Assembly: GCA_963662265.2 (NCBI GenBank)
Contig: CAXXHA010000010.1
Span: 192,001 to 256,000, forward strand
Reading direction: 5' to 3'
DNA: 64,000 nucleotides
From: Spirochaetia bacterium
GTDB lineage: Bacteria; Spirochaetota; Spirochaetia; CADAEX01
The position numbers and the translations under genes were made by a program. The notes under the pieces were generated by a model. That model saw only the letters and a program-made list of their open reading frames with translations, was not told the origin of the DNA and did no database searches. Below, piece after piece: positions 30,277-39,362 of this stretch; position 1 is the stretch's first letter, and each line of letters begins with the position of its first letter.

Positions 30277-31382
30277 TATTTACCTTTCCTGATAAGAGAA
30301 ATCCTGTTTCTCTGGAAATATTCCCCCATTATGAGGAAAACAAGAATTATTCCGTTAAATACATTTACAGTAGCAGCAGGAAGATTAAGAGATATCTGGA
30401 TAGCATCTCCCCCCACAAGGATCCCGGCAAAAAATATACCTGATATTATTACAAGTACAGGATTCAGCCGCGCAAGCCATGCAACTATAATAGCGGTAAA
30501 TCCGTATCCTGAACTGATTGATTCGGGATATGTGAGGTGATGATGTATACCTGCAACCTCGCCTACCCCGGCAACTCCTGCAAGCCCGCCGCTAATAACC
30601 ATCATGAGAACTGTGGTTCTGAAAAAATCTATACCTGCATAACGTGCAGCTTCCTGGTTTTCACCGATAACTCTCACCTCATAGCCGAACCTTGTCCTGA
30701 AAAGAAGGAAGAAAAGATAAACCACACAGATAAGTGCAACAGCAAGTGTGAAGACATGGATCCTTGATCCCGGCAGAATAGCAAGCATTGCCTGCTCGGG
30801 GAAATCATCTGTATAGGGATACCCGAACTGGGTCTTTCCCTTCCAGGGCCCTATTACCAGCATCTTTATAAATTCGGCAGCAACATAGTTCAGCATCAGA
30901 GTTGAAATAACCTCGTTTATTCCGAAACGGACCTTCAGAAGCGCAGGGATAATTCCCCAGAGAGCACCTCCTACAAAACCTCCCAGAAACATGAGAGGAA
31001 CAACTACAGCAGCGGGAAGAAAAGGCCCCCACCGGAGGGCAATCCATGTGGCAACTGCGGCGCCGGCAAGAAGCTGGCTCTCTGCCCCGATATTCCAGAA
31101 CTTTCCCCTGTAAACAACAGTCAGCCCGCCCCCAATAAGTATAAGGGGAATTGCCTTTGTAATTGTTTCCTTGAATCCGTACATGCTTCCGAATGAGCCG
31201 GAAAATATCCTGAATATTGCATAAAAAGGGTTAATCCCCTTGAGGAGGAAAATAAAACCAATTGCTGAAAGCCCGGCGAAGAGAGAAATAAGCGCTATGA
31301 GCGATGAAACCCAACCCTTTACTTCTCCCCTGGGAGCTACATCTATTTTATAGTTTGTCATTAAATCTGTCGCAATTTTCAT
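30276..31382 (-). CDS. Nucleoside-type ABC transporter permease (NupB-like)
   Basis: WNIGAESQ, NEVISTLMLNY, GYGFTAIIVAWL. Confidence 0.93.
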   Translation of the reverse strand: MKIATDLMTNYKIDVAPRGEVKGWVSSLIALISLFAGLSAIGFIFLLKGINPFYAIFRIFSGSFGSMYGFKETITKAIPLILIGGGLTVVYRGKFWNIGAESQLLAGAAVATWIALRWGPFLPAAVVVPLMFLGGFVGGALWGIIPALLKVRFGINEVISTLMLNYVAAEFIKMLVIGPWKGKTQFGYPYTDDFPEQAMLAILPGSRIHVFTLAVALICVVYLFFLLFRTRFGYEVRVIGENQEAARYAGIDFFRTTVLMMVISGGLAGVAGVGEVAGIHHHLTYPESISSGYGFTAIIVAWLARLNPVLVIISGIFFAGILVGGDAIQISLNLPAATVNVFNGIILVFLIMGEYFQRNRISLIRKGK

Positions 31383-32953
31383 CTGGCAGCCCCGTTAATA
31401 ATAGTATTTTCAGACTCTGTATCACTGTCATTATTCTCATCAAGTTTCAATGAGCCTGTCATCATCAGTCCTATATCCTTGATATTGGAATCTCCCGCAG
31501 AGAGGATGCCCATGAACTCACCCTTGAATATGACCGCTATCCTGTCGCAGATTTCAAAAAGCTCTTCAAGGTCTTCTGAAACAAGGAGAACTCCGCCCCC
31601 TTCCTCACGCCTGTTAAGTATCTGTTTTCTGATATATTCTGTTGCACCGATATCAAGACCATATGTCGGATGAGAAGCAACAAGAAGAGCAGGCTTGCTT
31701 TCTATCTCACGGCCGATAATAAGCTTCTGTATATTACCCCCTGAAAGGGATTTAACCGGCACATTTATGGAAGGCGCTGCAATATTGAATTTTTCTACAA
31801 TATTTGTTGTATGCTGTTTAATCAGGTCGTAATCGAGAAAGAGAAGCCTGGAAAAAGGGCTTGAATGGTGTTTTTTCAGAATTGCATTCTCATATATGAA
31901 GAGATTGGGAACAATCCCGAACTTGATCCTTTCCTCCGGGACATGTGTTATACCGCGTGTATTTACAACACGGGCAGACTGATTTGTAATTGAATCATCT
32001 TCAAGCATTATTTCCCCGGAATGAGCTTTTCTGAGCCCTGTAATTGATTCGACAAGCTCTCTCTGACCGTTACCCGATACACCGGCAATACCGAAAACCT
32101 CGTTTCTGTAAACAGAGAAGTTAAGAGAATTAACAGCCTTGTTTCCCCTGTCTCCCAGGACAACAAGATCTTTGACTTCAAGGACTTTTTCCCCCCTGGG
32201 CATAGGCTTCTTGTCAAAGGTAAGAAAGACATCACGGCCAACCATCATTCTGGCAAGAGCTTTCTTATCTATATCCTTTACAAAAGCCTCACCTACAGTT
32301 TCCCCTTTTCTGAGAACTGTTACCCTGTTGCAGATATTCATAATCTCATCAAGTTTATGGCTTATGAGAATAATTGAATGTCCCTCAAGGGTCATCCTCC
32401 GGATTATTTCAAACAGATCATCTGACTCCTGAGGAGTCAGAACACTTGTCGGTTCATCCATGATAAGAAGATCTGCTTCAAGAAAAAGCGCTTTCAGAAT
32501 CTCAACCTTCTGCTGCTCACCTGCCGAAAGCTGCCAGATTTTCTTATCAGGATCAACTTCCATTCCATACTGCCTGGAAATTCTGAATATCTTTTCCCTG
32601 ATATATTTTTTGGGAAAAAAGAAAGGAACATCCTTGAATCCGAGAGCAATATTCTCCGCTACTGTATGATTCTGAACAAGCATGAAATGCTGATGAATCA
32701 TTCCTATCCCGGAACCCATACTGTCTTTCGGGGATTTGATTCTGACAGATTCGCCATTTATACAAATTTCCCCCTCATCCGGCTTGTACAGGCCGTAGAG
32801 GATATTCATGAGCGTTGTTTTACCGGCCCCGTTCTCGCCAAGAAGACCAAGGACCTCCCCTGATTTGATCTTCAGGTTGATATTTTTATTTGCATAAAAT
32901 CCGTGGAAGGATTTGGAAATACCCTTCATTTCAAGGGTTTCTATTCTATGCAC
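31379..32953 (-). CDS. Nucleoside-type ABC transporter ATP-binding protein (NupA-like)
   Basis: GENGAGKTTL, DEPT, LSGGNIQK; GTG start at 32953 after AGGAG. Confidence 0.93.
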   Translation of the reverse strand: MHRIETLEMKGISKSFHGFYANKNINLKIKSGEVLGLLGENGAGKTTLMNILYGLYKPDEGEICINGESVRIKSPKDSMGSGIGMIHQHFMLVQNHTVAENIALGFKDVPFFFPKKYIREKIFRISRQYGMEVDPDKKIWQLSAGEQQKVEILKALFLEADLLIMDEPTSVLTPQESDDLFEIIRRMTLEGHSIILISHKLDEIMNICNRVTVLRKGETVGEAFVKDIDKKALARMMVGRDVFLTFDKKPMPRGEKVLEVKDLVVLGDRGNKAVNSLNFSVYRNEVFGIAGVSGNGQRELVESITGLRKAHSGEIMLEDDSITNQSARVVNTRGITHVPEERIKFGIVPNLFIYENAILKKHHSSPFSRLLFLDYDLIKQHTTNIVEKFNIAAPSINVPVKSLSGGNIQKLIIGREIESKPALLVASHPTYGLDIGATEYIRKQILNRREEGGGVLLVSEDLEELFEICDRIAVIFKGEFMGILSAGDSNIKDIGLMMTGSLKLDENNDSDTESENTIINGAAR

Positions 32954-33350
32954 AAGATTTTCTCCTGATTTTTGTTGTTGAAGGCAATATAACCCGGACA
33001 GCACTGAAACCAGAACACAATGCTGAAAACTGCTGATTATTATCCAGCATGGCCGGGGTACCCCCCTCACAGTTCTCCCGGCTTTATGGTTTCAGGAAGT
33101 ATAAGTAAAATAAATCACTTACAGATAAAGAGATATACATATCCGGGAATATTATCAAATAATATTCAAATATTTGATATTCTGCAATAATAAGAAATAT
33201 TATTTAGGAATAAATGAAGTATCAGAAACTGTTATTTAGCAGAAAACTGACGTCACGACATGGAAAATACAGAATAGTTTATTTTAGACTTTTAAAATTT
33301 GATTTCAGAACAGGCTTTTATAAATTGAATCAATAACCCCTCTAGCTGTA

Positions 33351-33433
33351 CGTTCCGGTTGGTTTTACGCCTGTTCCGGCTGGTTTTTCGCCCGTTCCGT
33401 TGGTACGGGCTGGATATGGGCTGGATACGGCTT
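33351..33433. repeat. Short tandem repeats (21-bp then 11-bp period)
   Basis: cgttccggttggttttacgcc / tgttccggctggtttttcgcc / cgttccgttgg / tacgggctgga / tatgggctgga / tacggct. Confidence 0.7.
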
Positions 33434-33492
33434 TTTACAAACTGCGGAGTATCAGACCCGCCCTGCGAATAAAAAGCCGATGAATTTAATAA

Positions 33493-34407
33493 TTATTTTG
33501 ACTGTTTAAAATCTTTTCCCCAGTCAAAAATATCTTCTATCAAACTGCTTACAGTTTTTTTCATTATCTTCTGGGAATTGTATGCCAGGTAAAACTTTCT
33601 CTTCAGTTCCGGGTCATTTATTCTTACTGCATGAATTTCGCCCCGTTCAATTTCATTTTTAATAACATTTTCCGCGATGAATCCAAATCCCATCCCGTTT
33701 TTGACAAAATTCTTCAACATTTCGCTGTTTGAAAAATCGCCTCTGACATTTACTGTTATCTTGTTTCTTGTGAGGAATTTCTTTACAGAGTCTATTGTTC
33801 CGCAGCTTTTTTCCATGAAGAAAACATTTTCAAGCCCGTCTATCTCTTCAGGGTCCACAAAATCTCTATCTGAAAATTTACTTTCCTTCGGACAGATAAG
33901 AACAATTCTGTCTTCAAGTATCTCTGTTACTGTCAAACAGGAGTCCTTGATTTTTTTGGAAATAATTCCGAAATCACACTTGAGATCTATAAGGTTCATT
34001 ATGACCTGGCTATCCGGCAGAATATCAAGCGACACATAATTATCTGGATTGCTGGACAGGAAATCGGGATAAATATAGGAAAAATAATGTATTGCAAAAG
34101 TTTCAGTTGAATATATTTTTATCCGGCTCTGATTCTGCTTTATTAAATCATTGATTTCAGCAGCAACCTTTATTTCATTTTCAAAAAAATCTTTTGCAAT
34201 TTCAAAAATCCGGGATCCCTCATTAGTCAACTCTACATGCTTCTTGCTTTTATTTATCAAAGACAGCTGAAGTTCGTTCTGCAGCTCCTGAACCTGTCTG
34301 GTCACTGTAGGCTGCGATGTTTCGAGATATTTTGCAGCATTACTGAAACTTTTAAACTTTGCAGTATAATAAAACGTTTTTAGCAAATTTATATTCATAC
34401 AACGCAA
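33493..34407 (-). CDS. LysR family transcriptional regulator
   Basis: SFSNAAKYLETSQPTVTRQVQELQ HTH, GMGFGFI. Confidence 0.93.
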   Translation of the reverse strand: MRCMNINLLKTFYYTAKFKSFSNAAKYLETSQPTVTRQVQELQNELQLSLINKSKKHVELTNEGSRIFEIAKDFFENEIKVAAEINDLIKQNQSRIKIYSTETFAIHYFSYIYPDFLSSNPDNYVSLDILPDSQVIMNLIDLKCDFGIISKKIKDSCLTVTEILEDRIVLICPKESKFSDRDFVDPEEIDGLENVFFMEKSCGTIDSVKKFLTRNKITVNVRGDFSNSEMLKNFVKNGMGFGFIAENVIKNEIERGEIHAVRINDPELKRKFYLAYNSQKIMKKTVSSLIEDIFDWGKDFKQSK

Positions 34408-34511
34408 CCTTATTTTATATTATTAAACAGATATCTGACTTCTAAGTCAGTTTTCATAACAAGCACAAGTATATATTATTATTTAAAACAATACTCTGAA
34501 TAAAAACAATT

Positions 34512-35996
34512 TTAACTTCCTATGATTCTATCAACAGCTTTTTCCCATCTTTCAAACTTCCGGATATTATCCATGTATTTCTCATGCCTGATAATTTCCT
34601 TTTGTTTTTCAATCTTTTGTATTTCATCAAGATCAGACCAGATTCCAAGGCCTAATCCGGCAAGATAACAACCGCCGAGAGCTGTTATTTCATTCTCCCT
34701 GGGCTTGATTATTTCAATTCCCAGAAGTTTTGAAAGATAATCAATTAAAAAAGCATTATTTGTAACACCGCCGTCTATTGAAAGAGATCTGATTGACTGG
34801 ATTCCATTTTTCTCAATCAGGTTCACTATCTGGTAAATACGAAATGCTATTGATTCAAGCACAGATTTTACCAGTTGATTCCTGCTTGTATCAAGCCCCA
34901 TGCCTGTAAATGCAGCATTGCTTTCAGTAGTCCAGTATGGAACAGATAATCCAGCAAGAGCCGGAATAAAAAAGACTTCACTGTCGCCATCCTTAACCAT
35001 CTCTTCCAGTTCGCTGTTTGATTCAAAGACACCGATTTTATTCTTAAGCCAGTCAATTGCAGATCCGACTGTATATATCCCGCCGTCGATTATATAACCT
35101 TTTTCATCTTTCAACTGGGGACAAACTGTTGTAATCAGCTTATCCTTTTTAAAAGGTATTTCATAACCTACATTAACAAGTAAAAATCCGCCTGTACCCA
35201 ATGTAAGTTTAGCCTCGCCCTTATTGAAACACCTGTGCCCGAACAATGCAGACTGCTGATCCACTACTGAAGAGATAATAGGCGCTTCTATTCCGGAGCA
35301 TATTTCAGGATCAGTTATTCCATAGTCAAAAATAGTTGATGCTGTCTCCGGTAGCAGATTCATATTTAAGCCGAAGAAATCAACAATTTTTTCATCCCAT
35401 TTATATTTATCAATATCAAACAGAAGTGTCCTGGAAGCTGTAGTCACATCTGTGCAGTAGTTTTTCTTTTTAATCAGTTTATTTATAAGCCATACTTCAG
35501 AAGTAGCAATAATAAGATTGTTTTTTTTATTTTCTGCTTCAATTTCAGAAATATTATCCAGAAGCCATTTCATTTTAGGAGCTGAAAAATAAGAATCCAT
35601 GAAAAGCCCTGTTGTTTTTTCTATATAATTTTCAATCGCAGGGTTTTTATAGATATTCAAATCCTCTGAAGTTCTGTTATCCTGCCAGACAATAGCATTA
35701 TAGAGGGGTTCGAGAGTTGTCTTGTTAAACGGAATAATTGTCTCGCCCTGATTATCTATCGCTACAGCAGCTATTTCTTTAGGCGAAACATCATAATTAT
35801 TTAAGACATCTTTAATTCCGTCTGTAATACTTAAAAATATATCCTGAGGATTATGTTCAACCCAGTTTCTTTTCGGAGTAATTGTTTTAAACGGTTTTAT
35901 AATTTTTACTATTTCGTTGGTTTTGAAATCATAGAGGACTACTTTAGTAGATGTTGTTCCCTGATCAATAGATAAAATATATTCATTCATATACAC
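34512..35996 (-). CDS. FGGY family kinase, GlpK-like with divergent substrate pocket
   Basis: IDQGTTSTK, WVEHNP, VWQD, ASRT, DQQSALFG, GTGGF, DGG; DNQGE in place of TNQRE. Confidence 0.9.
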   Translation of the reverse strand: MYMNEYILSIDQGTTSTKVVLYDFKTNEIVKIIKPFKTITPKRNWVEHNPQDIFLSITDGIKDVLNNYDVSPKEIAAVAIDNQGETIIPFNKTTLEPLYNAIVWQDNRTSEDLNIYKNPAIENYIEKTTGLFMDSYFSAPKMKWLLDNISEIEAENKKNNLIIATSEVWLINKLIKKKNYCTDVTTASRTLLFDIDKYKWDEKIVDFFGLNMNLLPETASTIFDYGITDPEICSGIEAPIISSVVDQQSALFGHRCFNKGEAKLTLGTGGFLLVNVGYEIPFKKDKLITTVCPQLKDEKGYIIDGGIYTVGSAIDWLKNKIGVFESNSELEEMVKDGDSEVFFIPALAGLSVPYWTTESNAAFTGMGLDTSRNQLVKSVLESIAFRIYQIVNLIEKNGIQSIRSLSIDGGVTNNAFLIDYLSKLLGIEIIKPRENEITALGGCYLAGLGLGIWSDLDEIQKIEKQKEIIRHEKYMDNIRKFERWEKAVDRIIGS

Positions 35997-36172
35997 CTCT
36001 ACAAAAATTATTAGAAATTATCAGATATTTAGAGACTCTTTCGCATGAACTTGTTTATTCTGTAAATCTGACTAAGTGCCCTGTAACAGAAACTTCCACA
36101 GATGAAACTGCAGAAGTTTCCAAACCAGATAAAAAAGTTCTCAATAAAGTTATTCAAACTTTGAATAATTTT

Positions 36173-37492
36173 CTATTTTGCAAAATACAGGTCAGGCAGC
36201 CATGTAGCAATTTCCGGGAAAATAATCAGAATTGCTATTGTTGCAACCATAAGCAGGATGAAAGGAACAATGGAACGGTATATATCACCAAGAGTTATTT
36301 CCTTAGGAGCCATTGCCTTCATGAGAAACAGGTTATATCCGAACGGAGGTGTCAGGTAAGCTATCTGACATGTTATTGTATAGAGAACCCCGTACCATAT
36401 CGGGTTAAAACCCATTTTAACTACCAGCGGTATATAAAGCGGAGCTACAATAATAAGCATAGCTGTATCATCCAGGAAAGTTCCAAGCAGCAGGAATGAA
36501 ACCTGCATGGCAATAATAGTCCCTATAGGACCGAAACCATGGCTCAGGAATAATGATGCAATAGCATGTACAGCTCCGAGACCGTCAAAAATTCCTGCAA
36601 AAGCCATAGCAGACATTGCAACCCACATGAACATAACACTTACACTTACTGTCTGTGTCAGAACTTTGTTCAGGATTTCCCAGTTAAATCTTTTCTTGAT
36701 AATTGCTGCAATTACAGTTGCAATTGCACCGATCGCAGAACTCTCAACAAGACTTGTTACACCAAGAAGGAAAAGACCGGACATCATTAAAATAATAAAT
36801 AATGGAAGAAGACCGCCCTGCAGAGCTTTAATCTTTTCTTTCATCGGGAGGTCCCATTCTTCTCTCGGCAGTACAGGTCCCAGGTCAGGCTGAAGGTGAC
36901 ATCTTACAATGATATATGCAATGAACATTCCAGACATGAGAAGACCAGGAAAAACACCTGCGAGCCAGAGATGACCTACCGGCTGTCTTGCAATCATTCC
37001 GTAAAGCACAAGAACTACACTTGGCGGTATCAGAATACCAAGGGAACTTCCGGCCTGGATTACACCTGTTACCATCTTTTTGTCATACTTCCTTTTAAGC
37101 ATTTCCGGCAGAGCTACACTGCTGCCAACGCTCATCCCGGCAACACTTAAACCGTTAATTGCGGATATAACAGCCATCAGACAAATAGTCCCGATTGCCA
37201 GTCCCCCTTTCAGAGGCCCGGTTAGAATATGTATCAGTTTATACAAATCTTCTGATATTTTTGATTCAGAAAACAAATATCCGATAAATACAAAAATCGG
37301 CAGAGTAACCAGAGGATACCAGTTAATAAGTTTGAAAGCAGAATGAAACCCCATTTCCATTCCGCCGGCACCCCAGAGGGCTATAGCGAAAATACTTGCA
37401 ACTCCCCCTATAACAGCATATATATGACGTCCCGATAAGAGAGTAACAAACATGGTAAGAAACATTAATAGTGCAATATACTCATAACTCAT
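36173..37492 (-). CDS. dctM: TRAP transporter large permease
   Basis: GSSLGILIPPS, YLTPPFGYNLF; start MSYEY after GGAGG. Confidence 0.95.
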   Translation of the reverse strand: MSYEYIALLMFLTMFVTLLSGRHIYAVIGGVASIFAIALWGAGGMEMGFHSAFKLINWYPLVTLPIFVFIGYLFSESKISEDLYKLIHILTGPLKGGLAIGTICLMAVISAINGLSVAGMSVGSSVALPEMLKRKYDKKMVTGVIQAGSSLGILIPPSVVLVLYGMIARQPVGHLWLAGVFPGLLMSGMFIAYIIVRCHLQPDLGPVLPREEWDLPMKEKIKALQGGLLPLFIILMMSGLFLLGVTSLVESSAIGAIATVIAAIIKKRFNWEILNKVLTQTVSVSVMFMWVAMSAMAFAGIFDGLGAVHAIASLFLSHGFGPIGTIIAMQVSFLLLGTFLDDTAMLIIVAPLYIPLVVKMGFNPIWYGVLYTITCQIAYLTPPFGYNLFLMKAMAPKEITLGDIYRSIVPFILLMVATIAILIIFPEIATWLPDLYFAK

Positions 37493-38036
37493 CGTCAAAC
37501 CTCCAGTCTTTAATCCAGGATGTATCTTTGCCGAATGCAAGTACTATATCTTTAATAATTTCAGAAATATTCTGTAACAGCATAAGAGCTACACCTGCAG
37601 TAGCAATAATTTTCATCGGGGCTATAGGCGGAGCCCATGCTGAATAATTAGTCTGATTATATTTCAACGCATAAGCTGAACTTGAAAAACCGCCAATTAA
37701 AAGCCAAATTAAAAATGCAAGGCTTAATGCAAAAGTAAGAATATCAAAGACAGTTTTTTTCCTCTGAGACCATTCATGATAAAAATAGTCCATACGAACA
37801 TGCCCGCCTATCAGATATACATAAGCTCCGCCCAGCAGATAATAGGTTCCATTAATAAACTGAGTAATTTCCAGTGACCATTTATTGGAAATATCAAAAA
37901 AATTCCTACACATGGCTTCATATGCCAAAACTGCAATCATTAATAAAACCAGAAATTTAACCACATTGCCGAGTGCTGCGCTTATGGAATCTATAGACTT
38001 TACATAAATTTTAATCGGCTTCATTATAAAATCCAT
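37482..38036 (-). CDS. dctQ: TRAP transporter small permease
   Basis: LGGAY, GHVRMD, WAPPIAP, LMLLQ. Confidence 0.92.
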   Translation of the reverse strand: MDFIMKPIKIYVKSIDSISAALGNVVKFLVLLMIAVLAYEAMCRNFFDISNKWSLEITQFINGTYYLLGGAYVYLIGGHVRMDYFYHEWSQRKKTVFDILTFALSLAFLIWLLIGGFSSSAYALKYNQTNYSAWAPPIAPMKIIATAGVALMLLQNISEIIKDIVLAFGKDTSWIKDWRFDDEL

Positions 38037-38061
38037 TTCTCTTTTCCTTCTAAAAAATTAT

Positions 38062-38137
38062 GCTGTATTCCCTTCGAAATGAGCAGAGAATACAGCCTGA
38101 AGATATTTTAATCTGATTTTCATCAGATTAAAATATC
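38062..38137. other. Two hairpins between dctP and dctQ
   Basis: gctgtattc...gaatacagc, and a perfect 16-bp stem gatattttaatctgat-tttc-atcagattaaaatatc. Confidence 0.7.
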
Positions 38138-38149
38138 AAAGTTTCATTC

Positions 38150-39244
38150 TTATTTTCCGCCTGTGTAAGGAGCGCCTGCTTTCTGTCTGATCTCTGCATA
38201 CTCTTTAAATGCTTTGATAATTCTTTCAGATCTTGGGCTTTTCTTGGAAAATTCATCCCAGTATTTAGCAGCCTGCGCTTCTACGCCTGTCCACTGGTCT
38301 TCTGGAATTGAAGTAAGTTCCATTTTAGCACCTTCAGCTCTGTACTTAGCTTCTCCCCACCAGTACCAGTGAAGTCTGTAATAGTTGGATGCCTGAATTG
38401 TCATTTTTAATAGTCTCTGGAGGTGATCAGGAAGAGCTTCCCATGACTTTGTGTTAACAAAGAAACCGCCTGACCATGCACCTGAAATAGGGTTTGTTAA
38501 AAGGTAATCACATACATCAGCAATACCTGTTGTATAAAGTTCAGTAGCGCCTGACCATGTTACACCATCAAGCATTCCTGTCTGAAGAGCCATCTGTACA
38601 TCTTCTACAGGCATAACTACAGGAACAATACCGTATTCTGCCTCAAGGAATTTACCGTTGAAAAGAGAAGTAAAAAGTCTCATACCTTTAAGATCTTCTA
38701 CACTTCTTACAGGTTTTGTACTTGCTACAAGACAAGGGTCCCAGCTTCCCTGAGAAAGCCATGTAACACCTTCGATTTCATCATAAGCTTCTTTCCAGAT
38801 TTCATTAAGGCCGTATCTGTTCCATAAAACATCAATATCAAGACCGATTCTTCCTGCTGCAGGAAAATAAGCTGAGAATGTTGCAACATCTGCAGGTGAA
38901 CCCATTGATTCATCATCACTGAGAGCCATATCTACAGTACCGCTCTGAACAGCATTAAAAAGTTCTCCATGAGGTACAAGCTGGTCAGCCCCGAAAATTT
39001 CGATTACCATTTCACCGTTTGCAATCTCATTGAATTCCTTGATCATGTTGCCGATGATTTCATCATTCATTGAAGGCCCTGCATATGTCTGAAGCCTCCA
39101 TCTGATTGTTTCTTTCTTTGCATTTCCGCCTGCATCTCCAGAGCCGGCATTATTACCGCAGCCGGTAAAAATCAAAGAAGCCATTACTACCATTGCAGTA
39201 AGTCCGATAACAAAGAAAAATCTTCCAACGTTCTTCTTTTTCAC
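38150..39244 (-). CDS. dctP: TRAP substrate-binding lipoprotein, ethanolamine/amino-alcohol-binding type
   Basis: FTGC lipobox; RLQTYAG, ADQLVPxGELF, SDDxSMxSP, WDPC, WSGxTE, ISGAW, WYWWGEA. Confidence 0.9.
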   Translation of the reverse strand: MKKKNVGRFFFVIGLTAMVVMASLIFTGCGNNAGSGDAGGNAKKETIRWRLQTYAGPSMNDEIIGNMIKEFNEIANGEMVIEIFGADQLVPHGELFNAVQSGTVDMALSDDESMGSPADVATFSAYFPAAGRIGLDIDVLWNRYGLNEIWKEAYDEIEGVTWLSQGSWDPCLVASTKPVRSVEDLKGMRLFTSLFNGKFLEAEYGIVPVVMPVEDVQMALQTGMLDGVTWSGATELYTTGIADVCDYLLTNPISGAWSGGFFVNTKSWEALPDHLQRLLKMTIQASNYYRLHWYWWGEAKYRAEGAKMELTSIPEDQWTGVEAQAAKYWDEFSKKSPRSERIIKAFKEYAEIRQKAGAPYTGGK

Positions 39245-39362
39245 AAAATCCCCCTAAACCAAACTTAAAACTAAAATATTCACAGGCAAAATGCCTGTTG
39301 TTAGAAAATAGAAACTACCGGGCAAATACGACAATTTCTAATTACTACCGAAATAAGTATTC

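Noticed and set aside
32954-33070. N-terminal extension of the ABC ATPase in the ORF track
   Set aside because: A strong AGGAG precedes the GTG at 32953, and the extension overlaps the structured leader.
33004-33095. Canonical purine riboswitch
   Set aside because: It lacks the conserved junction and loop nucleotides; kept only as an unknown structure.
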